A stretch of 59,495 nucleotides of DNA, counting the filler. It is 5 parts of 5 records of this genome, joined end to end, with 100 filler letters (N's around TTAATTAATTAA, not from the genome) between each part and the next. Parts side by side here need not be neighbours in the genome. Positions count along the whole stretch, not along the records: positions 45,039 to 53,903 come from SRR20825006_954; positions 54,004 to 59,495 come from SRR20825006_963; 3 more parts are not named here. One strand, given 5' to 3'. Below, one piece after another: positions 48,132 to 58,770 of this stretch (position 1 is the stretch's first letter; each line of letters begins with the position of its first letter). Under the pieces are notes generated by a model, which saw nothing but the letters and a program-made list of their open reading frames with translations, was not told the DNA's origin and did not search any database. The translations under genes were made by a program, and so were the position numbers.

Positions 48132-48835
48132 TCGGTAAACTTTAGGTTGGCTATGGTTGTTGCAACAATTCCTGCAGTCTCTGTGCGTAACCTTGTGTTT
48201 CCTAAAGTTACGGGCAACCAATTATAATCTAACGCTTGCTGTATTTCTTCTAAAGAAAAATCGCCTTCTGGACCTATAAGAATTGTAAGACGGTTTGAAG
48301 TAATTTCATTTTGCATTGGCAATCGTTTCTTATCGTCTTCGCAGTGTGCTACAAACTTTTGGCCTTCAAAATTCTGGCCAATGACTTCTGAAAATGGAGT
48401 AAGTGCATTTAATTTTGGTAGGTGAAACTGTAAAGATTGCTTCATTGCACTTTGTAAGACACGCTCAAATCTATCAGTCTTAATAGTCTTTCGTTCGCTA
48501 TGGTTACAAAGAATTGGCGTTATTTCTGAAATTCCTATTTCGGTAGCTTTCTCTAAGAACCATTCCATACGATCGTTCATTTTAGTAGGCGCTATTAAAA
48601 CGTGTAAATACAGTTGTTGTGGTTCCTGATATTTTTTCTCTGTAATTACACCAACACATTTATTATGGTTATCACTAATGATTTCTACAGTAAACAACCA
48701 TCCTTTGCCATTGGTTACATGTAGAGTATCTCCAGCTTTTTTGCGCAGAACTTTTACAATGTGTTTACTTTCATCTCTTTCAAAATGAACGTTTATGCTT
48801 TTGTTATTTATATGTTCTTGATAAAATAGCTGCAT
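48128..48835 (-). CDS. rsmE: 16S rRNA m3U1498 methyltransferase
   Basis: HIVKVLR, EKATEIG, IGPEGDFS, RLRTETAG. Confidence 0.96.
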   Translation of the reverse strand: MQLFYQEHINNKSINVHFERDESKHIVKVLRKKAGDTLHVTNGKGWLFTVEIISDNHNKCVGVITEKKYQEPQQLYLHVLIAPTKMNDRMEWFLEKATEIGISEITPILCNHSERKTIKTDRFERVLQSAMKQSLQFHLPKLNALTPFSEVIGQNFEGQKFVAHCEDDKKRLPMQNEITSNRLTILIGPEGDFSLEEIQQALDYNWLPVTLGNTRLRTETAGIVATTIANLKFTD

Positions 48836-49857
48836 TATATGGCTAATCTCGCTTTTGCAACCACTGTAATGTCTGCAAAATCTTGTTTTAAATATTTATG
48901 ATATCCAGTAATGGCTATCATTCCGGCATTATCTGTGGTATATTCAAACTTCGGAATATACGTTGTCCAACCTAACGTATGTTCTGCTTGCTTTAGGGCA
49001 TCTCTAATGCCAGAGTTTGCAGAAACACCACCACCAATTGCAACTTGTGTAATACCAGTGTCTTTAACAGCTTTTTTAAGCTTAGCCATTAATATGCTAA
49101 TGATGGTATATTGTATAGAGGCACAAATATCTGCTAGGTTCTCTTCAATAAAATTTGGATTTTCTTTTACCTTCTTTTGTATAAAATAGAGAATGGCAGT
49201 TTTTAGGCCACTAAAGCTAAAGTCTAATCCACCAACTTTGGGTTTCGAAAAAGGGAATGCTTTAGGATTGCCCTGTTTTGCAAGTTTGTCTATTTCTGGA
49301 CCTGCAGGATATTTTAAACCAAGAAGTTTTCCACTTTTATCAAAAGCTTCGCCTACAGCATCATCAAGTGTTTGGCCTATAACATCCATATCAAAATAAT
49401 CATTAACCTTTACAATTTGAGTATGACCTCCACTTATGGTCATGGCCAAAAAAGGAAATGTTGGTAAGGTATAGCCATCTTCTTCTATAAAATGGGCTAA
49501 AATATGACCTTGCATATGGTTAACATCTAATAGCGGAATATTTAATCCCATTGCTAAAGACTTTGCGAATGAGACACCTACCAAAAGTGACCCCATTAAA
49601 CCAGGACCTTTGGTAAACGCAATACCGTGCAAATCTTCTTTTGTTATTCCTGCTTGTTCTAAAGCTTGATGAACAACAGGAACAATATGTTGTTGGTGTG
49701 CTCTAGAAGCAAGTTCTGGTACAACACCACCATATTTAATATGTATTTGCTGTGTGGCTACAACGTTGCTTAAAATCTCTCCGTTGCAAATCACAGCTGC
49801 TGCAGTATCGTCACAAGACGACTCAATGCCAAGAATGTATATTTTTTGTGAACTCAT
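48835..49857 (-). CDS. tsaD: tRNA threonylcarbamoyltransferase
   Basis: LGIESSCDDT, GGVVPELASRAH, HMQGH, SGGHT, DDAVGEAFDK, TDNAGMI. Confidence 0.97.
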   Translation of the reverse strand: MSSQKIYILGIESSCDDTAAAVICNGEILSNVVATQQIHIKYGGVVPELASRAHQQHIVPVVHQALEQAGITKEDLHGIAFTKGPGLMGSLLVGVSFAKSLAMGLNIPLLDVNHMQGHILAHFIEEDGYTLPTFPFLAMTISGGHTQIVKVNDYFDMDVIGQTLDDAVGEAFDKSGKLLGLKYPAGPEIDKLAKQGNPKAFPFSKPKVGGLDFSFSGLKTAILYFIQKKVKENPNFIEENLADICASIQYTIISILMAKLKKAVKDTGITQVAIGGGVSANSGIRDALKQAEHTLGWTTYIPKFEYTTDNAGMIAITGYHKYLKQDFADITVVAKARLAI

Positions 49858-49883
49858 TAAAGAATTAGGGCATAAAAATTGTA

Positions 49884-49901
49884 TAATTTTGAGCAAAGTT
49901 A
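49884..49901. promoter_or_regulatory. Face-to-face Bacteroidetes -7 promoter elements for tamB (+) and tsaD (-)
   Basis: TAATTTTG (+, 49884-49891) and TAACTTTG (-, 49894-49901) both fit TAnnTTTG. Confidence 0.65.
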
Positions 49902-49917
49902 CAATATAAGCTCGCCT

Positions 49918-52900
49918 ATTAAAAAGTTTTGGAACATACTAAAGAAAACCATAGTAGCCATCTTGCTGCTTTTTATCATTTTGGTGGTTTTATTTTCCAT
50001 TCCTTGGGTGCAAACTACTGTGGCTAAAAAGCTGGCAAACAGTATTAATGACACGTATAACACCAATATACAAATAGATAAAGTAAGCATTACATATTTT
50101 GGTGATGTTAAATTAGAAAAAGCGTTTGTCGAGGATCATCATCAAGATACTTTAATTTATGTTAATGAATTAAAAACATCGATTCTAAGCTTATCAGGTC
50201 CTTTGGACAATCATTCCACGTTAGGAAATTCATCAATAGATAGTTTAACCTTTAGAATGAAACGTTATAAGGGTGAAGAGTTAGATAATTTTGCAGTGTT
50301 TCTTCAAAAATTTGAACCAGAACAACCTAAACCAAGTTCAGATTTTTACCTTTCTGTAAGCCATATAGATGTAACAAACAGTAAATACAGCTTTGAGGAT
50401 GAAAATATTTCAGATCCTAGAGCCTTATTTTTAAATGATGTAGATATAAATGCAGATAATCTTGTTGTAAATAATAAGAACGTAAGTGTTAGTATTAACA
50501 CATTGGACTTTCTAGAAGAACGAGGCTTAACTATTAAAAACCTTAATGGAGATTTTACATATTCTCCGACCCAAATGGGTTTTGAAGAACTGAGAATTGT
50601 TACAGAAGACTCAGATATAAAAGGAACACTTTATTTTAACTATACTATTGAAGATCTTTCAGACTTTGTAAATAAAGTTAAATGGGATTTTACCTTGGAG
50701 GAAAGCGTCATAAATACAAACGATCTAAAGCCATTTTATAATGAGTTTGGAAATAACGTTCAGTTTGTAATGGCTTCCAATATGCAAGGAACCCTAAATG
50801 ACTTCGAGCTTACAAATCTTGAGCTACAAGGAATGAACCGTAGTGAGATTTACGGTGATATAAGAATAAGAGATGCTGTAACCAATCCTGAAGATTTAAT
50901 TATTAATGGTACGTTAAGCAACCTTTCAACAAATTACTATGACCTTGTATCTCTATTGCCAAATATTCTAAAACCTAATTTACCAGAGAGTCTAAAAGAA
51001 CTAGGAAACGTAAGGCTAACAGGTACGGCAAGAGTAACACCAACAACAGTAACAACTAAAGCAGATTTATTTTCTCAACTAGGAACAGCTAAAGTTGATA
51101 TTGACCTTGCCAGGCTTAACGATTCTGAAAATGCCACCTATAAAGGAAACTTAAATTTTAAAGATTTTAATGTAGGGCGTTTGGCAAAGACCACTAATTT
51201 AGGAACAACCACGTTTAATTTAGATGTAGATGGTAAAGGCTTTACCACAGAAAGCTTAAATACCAATGTAAAGGGAACCATTACAAAGCTAAAGTTTAAT
51301 AATTACACCTATAAAAATATAAAGGTTTTAGGAACGTTAAGAAACCCTGTTTTTAATGGAAACTTACTTATTGATGATCCTAACCTTCAAATGGAGTTTA
51401 ATGGTTTGGCAGATGTTTCAAAAGATATAAATATTTATGATTTTGAAGCTTCTGTAAGAAACGCAGATCTTAATGCACTAAACTTTGTAGGCAGAGACAG
51501 TATTTCAAATTTTCAGGGTGATGTCTTCATGAGGATGAAGGGTACAACCATTAATGACGCCTTTGGAACCATCTCACTATCTAATGCTACCTACGAAAAT
51601 CAGAATGATATTTATGCATTCGAAGATTTAAGGATTCAATCCAGTTTTGATAATGGTGTAAGAACAATAGATATAAACTCTCCAGATGTTATAAACGGAA
51701 AAGTGGTAGGAGTTTTTGCTGTTGAAGAGGTGCCAGCTTTGTTTGAAAATGCGGTAGGTAGTTTGTATACCAACTATAAGCCAAATACCATAACGACTAA
51801 TCAATTCTTAGAATTCGATTTTGATATTTACAACAAAATTGTTGAGGTATTTTATCCTGAAATAAATTTTGGCCCAGAAACCTTTATTCGTGGTCGAGTA
51901 GAGAGTGATGAAAGTGAATTTAAGCTCACCTTCAGGTCTCCTTTAATTGAAGCATTTGGTAACCGAGTAGAAAAAGTAAACATTCAAGTAGATAATAAAA
52001 ACCCGTTATTTAATACCTATGTCGAAGCAGATAGCATAAGCACAGACTATTACAATGTATCAGAATTCAATTTAATTAATGTAACCTTAAAGGACACGTT
52101 ATTTATACGCTCCGAAATTGTTGGCGGTAAATCTAATGATGATGCATTTAACCTAAACTTATACCATACCATAAATGAAAGTGGAAACTCTGTTGTGGGT
52201 ATTCAAAAATCTGATGTTAAGTTTAAAGAGAAGGTTTGGTATTTAAATGCCCAAGAAAATAAATCGAATAAAATAATCTTTGAGAATAACTTTAAAGATC
52301 TCAAAATAGATTCTTTAGTATTAAGTCATCAAAGTGAAGAAATAAGGCTTGCAGGACAAATGCGAGACAGTACCTATAAAGATTTCAATATTGCGTTTAA
52401 AGATGTAGATCTAGGTAAAATCACACCAGATATAGACAGCTTAGCACTAGCCGGAAATGTAAATGGTACCTTAAACTTTAAAGAAGAAGATGGCGCGTAT
52501 TATCCAAAATCAGAATTAACAATTGATGCACTTTCTATTAATAAAGGAAAGCTAGGCGATTTATCCATAGATATTGATGGTAACGAAGATTTGTCACAAT
52601 ATGCTATAAATGCCTTGTTGCGGGATGATGGTTTCGATTCCTTTTCTGCAGTGGGAACTATAGATGTTGTAGGAGAAGAACCTACCATAAATATGGATGT
52701 AGAGATGAAACAGCTAGACATCTCTGTATTCAGCCCATTAGGAGGTATTGTTATTAGTGATTTAAGAGGTATAGCAGATGGAAGGGCAAAAGTTACGGGT
52801 AATTATAAAAATCCAGATATAGACGGTAAAATTATATTAGATAAAGGTGGCTTGCTTGTGCCATATCTTAATACAGATTTCGATTTTAAAGAGAAAGCAA

Positions 52901-53903
52901 TAATTACGCTTACCAAACAGCAATTTAAATTTAATCAAGTAAAAATTGAAGATACTGAGTATAAAACTCAAGGACAATTAAATGGTATTATCTCTCATAA
53001 AAGTTTTAGTGACTGGTATTTAGACTTGGGTATACGAGGTAACCAATTGTTGGTCTTAAATACAGATTATCAGGAAGATGCATTATACTATGGTACAGCA
53101 TTTATAGATGGTGAAGCTACCATCGTAGGGCCAACAGATGAGTTGGTGATAGATGTTATTGCAGAAACAGAACCTGGTACAATATTTAAAATACCATTAA
53201 GTGATACAGAAAGTATAGGAGACAACTCATTTATTCACTTTTTAAGTCCAGAAGAAAAAGAAGCACGCTTAGCAGGAGAAGAAGTTATTTTTGAAGAGGT
53301 AAAAGGACTCTCTATAAACTTTGATTTAGATATAGATAAAGATGCTGAAGTTGAAATTGTTGTAGACCAAGTTAGTGGTAGCACATTAAAAGGAAAAGGT
53401 GCAGGAACACTACTCATTGAAATAGACACCAATGGTAAGTTTAATATGTGGGGAGATTTTGTTGCCTATGAAGGGGTTTATAATTTTAAATATGGCGGAT
53501 TAGTACAAAAGCAATTCGAGGTGGTTTCAGGAGGAAGTATAAACTGGGATGGTAGCCCTACTAGAGCTCAGTTAGATGTGCAAGCAGTGTATAAAGTACA
53601 GGCAAACCCTTCAATAATTCTCGAAAATCCTTCTATAAACAGAAAGATTCCGGTTGAGGTGGTTATTTCGCTTAATGGAGAAATTGTTCAACCAGACATT
53701 AGTTTTGATATTAATTATCCAAACGTTAGCTCAGTTGTAAGATCAGAGTTAGATTATTTAATAGATGATAGAGCAAGTAGAGAACTGCAAGCCTTGTCTC
53801 TAGTAACGCAAGGAACTTTTTATAGTGAATTTGCATTAGGTAATAATATTGTATCAGGAACACTGGCAGAGCGTGCTTCTAGTTTAGTGAATGATGCTTT
53901 TTC
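49918..53903 (+). CDS. tamB: Translocation and assembly module TamB (3'-partial; start uncertain)
   Basis: N-terminal TM anchor ending IPWVQT, long beta-rich body, C-terminal GSINWDGSP DUF490-like region; runs into the linker. Confidence 0.88.
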
Positions 53904-54003
53904 NNNNNNNNNNNNNNNNNNNNNNNNNNNNNNNNNNNNNNNNNNNNTTAATTAATTAANNNNNNNNNNNNNNNNNNNNNNNNNNNNNNNNNNNNNNNNN
54001 NNN
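53904..54003. other. Artificial contig linker
   Basis: 44 N + TTAATTAATTAA + 44 N. Confidence 0.99.
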
Positions 54004-54108
54004 CGACGGACAATGGAAGTACTCACATTTATACGCCAATGTTCGCATGTCTGAGGATCGCTATAAATAATTAATGAAATGGTTAGTTATATTAGAATAA
54101 ATTTAACC

Positions 54109-54145
54109 AAAAAAAGCGCCCCAATTGATTTCTCAATTGGGGCGC
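54109..54145 (-). terminator. Intrinsic terminator (minus strand)
   Basis: Perfect 13-bp stem GCGCCCCAATTGA/TCAATTGGGGCGC followed by U7 on the minus strand. Confidence 0.88.
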
Positions 54146-54309
54146 AAAAACATCTGGGTCGCATCTACATCTTCATGCCGCTAAACTGCTTCCCAGGACT
54201 TGGGTGGAGACGAATTCAGATATCACCCCGCTACATATATAGACTGATAATGACGGCGAGTTTGGTCCAAGCTAGAAATTGTTTATGAAATCAATAATAC
54301 TGAACTAAT

Positions 54310-54924
54310 TCACGCTTGGGGTGGTGGAAGTGTTTCGTATTTATACTCGCTTCCAGGTTTCACTGGTGCAGAACCGACTTTACATAGCTCCGATTCACTA
54401 GCACCGCTACGTAATTTTCTGAGCAGCAATTCTGGATCAAAATCAAGTCCAATTGGATTCTCTTCGAAATCTTCAGAGCTAAACCACGCTACGCATTCAT
54501 CCATTGTTGGAAAATTATCTACTTGAAGCTCTACTTCATTGCCATCGGGGTCTCGGAAGTACATCGACGTTGTGGGTCCGTGGTTTATACACCAAAACGG
54601 TTCGATTTCCTGAGCCTTTAGATTTTCCCAGTGAACCAATAACTCTTCAAGGCTCCCGTATGTAAAAGCAACATGGTCAAAGCCAGTGTATTTTTTGTCT
54701 GGTTGTGGGAGGTGGCTCGTATTTAGAAACGCTATCCGATGATGCTCTTCGTCGTAGGTGAGGAACGAAATCATTGGCGACTCAAAAGAAGATTTTAAGT
54801 TTAAAAGCTTTTTATACCATGATATCACTTCGTCGTAGTGTTTTGCTCTAATGACAACATGCGCAAGTTTCTTCGGAACAATTGAGCTAGGTTGAGATTT
54901 TTGCATATCGGAAATCACCTGCAT
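54310..54924 (-). CDS. VOC/glyoxalase-family protein (putative extradiol dioxygenase)
   Basis: LAHVV, TYDEEHHRIA, DHVAF, NHGPTTSMYFRDPDGNEVELQ. Confidence 0.9.
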   Translation of the reverse strand: MQVISDMQKSQPSSIVPKKLAHVVIRAKHYDEVISWYKKLLNLKSSFESPMISFLTYDEEHHRIAFLNTSHLPQPDKKYTGFDHVAFTYGSLEELLVHWENLKAQEIEPFWCINHGPTTSMYFRDPDGNEVELQVDNFPTMDECVAWFSSEDFEENPIGLDFDPELLLRKLRSGASESELCKVGSAPVKPGSEYKYETLPPPQA

Positions 54925-54981
54925 AAATATTTATTGTGATAACAAATTCAAGCGGTAGAGTACATTGTATTTACCATCCGG

Positions 54982-55857
54982 TCAATTTATTGTGGGAGCT
55001 ACGATCTCATTTTTTACTTCATTCTCAATGGCCCCAAGTTTATCAATTTCGACTCGAACTCGATCCCCTGCATGAAGAAACTGTGGCGGGTCCATTAATG
55101 CACCAACACCTGAGGGCGTCCCTGTGAATATTATGTCTCCGGGCTCAAGCGTCATAGCCTGGCTGAGATGTGCTACTTGTTCGCTACAGCTGAACATCAG
55201 GTGTCTGGTGTTGGATTCCTGCCTCATTTCTCCATTCACAAAGCAACGAATACCAAGGTTTGTCTCATCAATAGAATCGGCTGTTACAATATAGGGGCCT
55301 ATAGGTGCGTGTGTATCGAATGACTTGCCAATCATGAATTGACCGGTACGTAGCTGCCAATCTCTTATACTGAAGTCATTGCCAATACAAAAGCCAAAAA
55401 TGGCTTCGCGCGCCCTCGCGGCATCTATATTTTTGCAACGTTTTCCAATAACGAATACAAGTTCAGCTTCATAGTCTAACTTATCGGAAGCTAATGGCAG
55501 TTCCACTGAGCCAAATGGCTGGTTAATACTGGTAACTGCTTTCGAAAACCAAACCTGGTGCTCTGGCCGATCAAGACCTTCTGTTGCTGCCTCTGCAGCA
55601 TGATCCGCATAGTTGAGGCCAATACCCAAAATCTTTCCCGGTCGCCTAATTGGCGCTTCGAGGCACACCTCGTCGACAGAATAGTCGGAATTGGCCTTGA
55701 GTTTGGATATCGAATCTTTGAACATATCCCAGTTATTGATAAGGGATATCAGGTCAGAGGGTATATTGGGAATGTGGCGAGATAGGTCAATAATTCCGTC
55801 GTGTTCGACCAGTCCAATGCTGAAGACGCCATCAATACTAAACTGAGATAATCTCAT
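54982..55857 (-). CDS. Fumarylacetoacetate hydrolase family protein
   Basis: IGLNYADH, DYEAEL, NDFSIRDWQ, GKSFD, TLEPGDIIFTGTP. Confidence 0.95.
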   Translation of the reverse strand: MRLSQFSIDGVFSIGLVEHDGIIDLSRHIPNIPSDLISLINNWDMFKDSISKLKANSDYSVDEVCLEAPIRRPGKILGIGLNYADHAAEAATEGLDRPEHQVWFSKAVTSINQPFGSVELPLASDKLDYEAELVFVIGKRCKNIDAARAREAIFGFCIGNDFSIRDWQLRTGQFMIGKSFDTHAPIGPYIVTADSIDETNLGIRCFVNGEMRQESNTRHLMFSCSEQVAHLSQAMTLEPGDIIFTGTPSGVGALMDPPQFLHAGDRVRVEIDKLGAIENEVKNEIVAPTIN

Positions 55858-56132
55858 AGTTCTTCCAGTTTGAATCCGTTAATAATTAGCTACAATATTT
55901 GACAATATAATTTTGATATGCCTTGTTAAGGAAGATGCTAAAGGGGAGGAAAAGCATTCGGCCTCTGAAGAAAAAAATGTTAAATTCAGCATTGTCAGAG
56001 GGATAGCGACGTACAGTCGTATCAATGGATAAATGCCGTAAATCGCCACGTATCTAAACCGGTGCTTGTGTTTTAGTCTCCCAGCAATAGCATGGACTCA
56101 TCACATCTGATCGAATTACTCTCTGTATATTT

Positions 56133-58094
56133 CTAATGCGAAAGTTCATCGATATTCTTGAATAGCTCAAGTGAGTCAGGGTTTGCCAGAGATTCAATAT
56201 TTTTAATTGATTTTCCATTAATAATGTCTCGTACCGCGATCTCAACATTCTTGCCACTGATAGTCCGCGGTATGTCGGCAACATGAATAATCTTCGCTGG
56301 GACGTGCCTAGGCGTGGTATTTTCACGTATTTTTGTTTTAATCCGTATTTTCAGTGCCTCATCTAGCTCTACTCCGTCTCGTAGGATCAAGAAGAGTATA
56401 ACCCTGACATCATCTTGCCATTGCTGCCCGACGCATACGCTGTCCAAAACTTCATCGATCTGTTCGACTTGCCGATATATTTCTGCTGTGCCGATTCGTA
56501 CCCCTCCAGGGTTAAGTACTGCATCGCTACGCCCGTATATTACAAAGCCATCTTCAGTGGTTTGTTCTCCAAAGTCACCCTGCGCCCATACGCCCTCAAA
56601 GCGTTCAAAATAGGATGACAAATATCGTCTGTTGTCCGAGTCGTTCCAGAAATAAATCGGTCGAGATGGGAACGGGCGAATGCAAACTAGTTCACCTTTT
56701 TTGCCGATCACAGGACGCCTGTCGTCGTCCCAAATTTCTACGGCCATACCTAAGCCTTTACACTGCAACTGACCTGGGTAAACGGGTAGTGCAAAGGTTG
56801 CCTCAATGAAAGCCGAAATAATGTCTGTTCCGCCACAAATCGAACCTAAACAAATATCACTTTTAAAGTCACGATATACAAAATCGTAACCTTCGCGGAC
56901 GAGTGGTGAGCCTGTTGAAAGCATCATTCGTAAGCTATTCAGTGAGTGACTTTCCTTGGGCTTCAAGCCGGCCTTTTCTATAGCGCCAAGGTACTTGGCG
57001 CTAATGCCAAATACGCTGATTTGTTCTTCATCAATCAGATCAATCAGGCGGCTAGGATCGGGGAAGAATGGTGAGCCATCGTAGGCAATGACTCTGCACC
57101 CGGTAAGCAGTGCGCTTGCCAGAATGTTCCACATTGTCCAACCCGTTGTGCTGTAATAGAAAAAGGTATCTTTTCTATCTACATCATAGTGAATTACGTA
57201 CTCTTTTAGGTGCTGCATTAGGGTCCCACCAGCGCCATGGACGATGCATTTGGGTTTGCCAGTAGTGCCAGACGAGTACAATATATAAAGAGGATGATCA
57301 AAAGGAAGTTGTTCGAATTCCAAAGGAGCGTCCGAAAGAGCCGAAAATTCTGCGAATGTGAAATTTCTATGGTTAGAGTGTTGGGCTTCCTCTAGTGTCT
57401 CTTCACCAGTAACAATAACGCTATGCACAGATTCAAGAGCGGCAGCGACATCCATTATTTTTGATATGCAGGAGTGGCGTTTACCATTGTATTGATACCC
57501 GTCGCAGCCAAGAATGACTTTAGGCTCGGTTTGACTAAAGCGATCTAGTATTCCATCAATGCCGAAGTCAGGGGAACAGCAGGTCCAAATAGCGCCAATG
57601 CTTGCACTGGCAAGCATTGCGATAATCGCTTCGTGTGAATTTGGCAGCACACCTCCAACCCGGTCTCCTGGCACTATTCCGATGTGTTTCAAGCCGGCAG
57701 CAAAGGATTGAACTCTCGTAAATAATTCTGAGTATGAGATGGAGGTGCGTTCACCGCCTTCTAATATTGAGATGAAGGCTACTTTGTCGTCTCTAAAACG
57801 CAGCATGTTCTCTGCGAAGTTTAATTTAGCGCCTGTAAACCATGTTGCCTCCCAGATAGGCGCATTCTCGTCAACAACCTGTTCTGCGCGTTTACTGCTT
57901 ATGACATTGCAGTATTCCCAAACAGCTTCCCAGAATGCGCTAATGTTATCAGTGCTCCATTTGTGGAGCCCGCTATAACCTACGGTTCTGGCGTCGTATT
58001 GTTCATTGACAAAATATTGGAACTGACTCAGGTGGCTTTGCTGAATAGATTTCGCTGACGGAGACCAAATTGTGGAAACTGCTTCGCTGCTCAT
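56133..58094 (-). CDS. Acetoacetate--CoA ligase
   Basis: LNFAEN, SPDFG, YSSGTTGKPKCIVHGAGG, GRSDAVLNPGGVRIGTAEIY, PRHVP. Confidence 0.95.
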   Translation of the reverse strand: MSSEAVSTIWSPSAKSIQQSHLSQFQYFVNEQYDARTVGYSGLHKWSTDNISAFWEAVWEYCNVISSKRAEQVVDENAPIWEATWFTGAKLNFAENMLRFRDDKVAFISILEGGERTSISYSELFTRVQSFAAGLKHIGIVPGDRVGGVLPNSHEAIIAMLASASIGAIWTCCSPDFGIDGILDRFSQTEPKVILGCDGYQYNGKRHSCISKIMDVAAALESVHSVIVTGEETLEEAQHSNHRNFTFAEFSALSDAPLEFEQLPFDHPLYILYSSGTTGKPKCIVHGAGGTLMQHLKEYVIHYDVDRKDTFFYYSTTGWTMWNILASALLTGCRVIAYDGSPFFPDPSRLIDLIDEEQISVFGISAKYLGAIEKAGLKPKESHSLNSLRMMLSTGSPLVREGYDFVYRDFKSDICLGSICGGTDIISAFIEATFALPVYPGQLQCKGLGMAVEIWDDDRRPVIGKKGELVCIRPFPSRPIYFWNDSDNRRYLSSYFERFEGVWAQGDFGEQTTEDGFVIYGRSDAVLNPGGVRIGTAEIYRQVEQIDEVLDSVCVGQQWQDDVRVILFLILRDGVELDEALKIRIKTKIRENTTPRHVPAKIIHVADIPRTISGKNVEIAVRDIINGKSIKNIESLANPDSLELFKNIDELSH

Positions 58095-58135
58095 AGTGTA
58101 CGACCGCTGCTGAATTTAAATAAATTATTGATTAA

Positions 58136-58561
58136 TTACGATACAAAAATGGGGTTAATGTGACGGCGGAGAATCTTCCAATCTCCATTTTCTTTTATAA
58201 ATTGATCCTCTGCATCACAGATAAAATATGTGAAATCAGATGGGTTGCTGGATGTGGAACGATAAACAGTGCAGATGTATTGCACTAAAATTCGGCTGTC
58301 TGATCTTGAACAAATACGCAAGTTGCTAATAACGTGACGTGTTTTCAGGCAATCGTTTTTCTCCCGAGCCTCAAAGAATTTAGCAACGTTGTCGTAGCCT
58401 TTAATTTCTCCAGAATTCGGCCCATCTCCTTCAAAATATAGAGAGCCTTCTTTAGAAAAAAAAACTTTTGCCTGGCTTGCATTTCCATGGTCTATCAAGG
58501 CCGCAATACCGTGAACAATGCTTGTAGCAGCCCTATATTCGGAAAAACATACTTCGATCAT
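58136..58561 (-). CDS. SnoaL/NTF2-like protein
   Basis: TRHVISN, DQF..ENGDWKILRR. Confidence 0.85.
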   Translation of the reverse strand: MIEVCFSEYRAATSIVHGIAALIDHGNASQAKVFFSKEGSLYFEGDGPNSGEIKGYDNVAKFFEAREKNDCLKTRHVISNLRICSRSDSRILVQYICTVYRSTSSNPSDFTYFICDAEDQFIKENGDWKILRRHINPIFVS

Positions 58562-58634
58562 GCCGCCCCCTAACAGTTATGCGTTATATGTTTGCTATGA
58601 GATTTGCATTTTAAGTATGGAAGTCTCCCATGAA

Positions 58635-58715
58635 TTTACCATATGGTCAACTTACTGTGTGCTGCTGACAATATTCAGGCTTAACGAGATAATTTGAACT
58701 TTACCACATGGTAAA
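58635..58715. promoter_or_regulatory. Two palindromic operators in a divergent promoter
   Basis: TTTACCATATGGTCAA (58635-58650) and TTTACCACATGGTAAA (58700-58715). Confidence 0.75.
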
Positions 58716-58770
58716 AATGTGATTCAATGAGCGCCATATCAATAAGAGTTCATTGGAGTTTCAAAGAAGC

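Noticed and set aside
53904-53955. TamB C-terminus as given in the ORF track
   Set aside because: It is translated through Ns to the linker stop; the gene is cut by the contig end, not a pseudogene.
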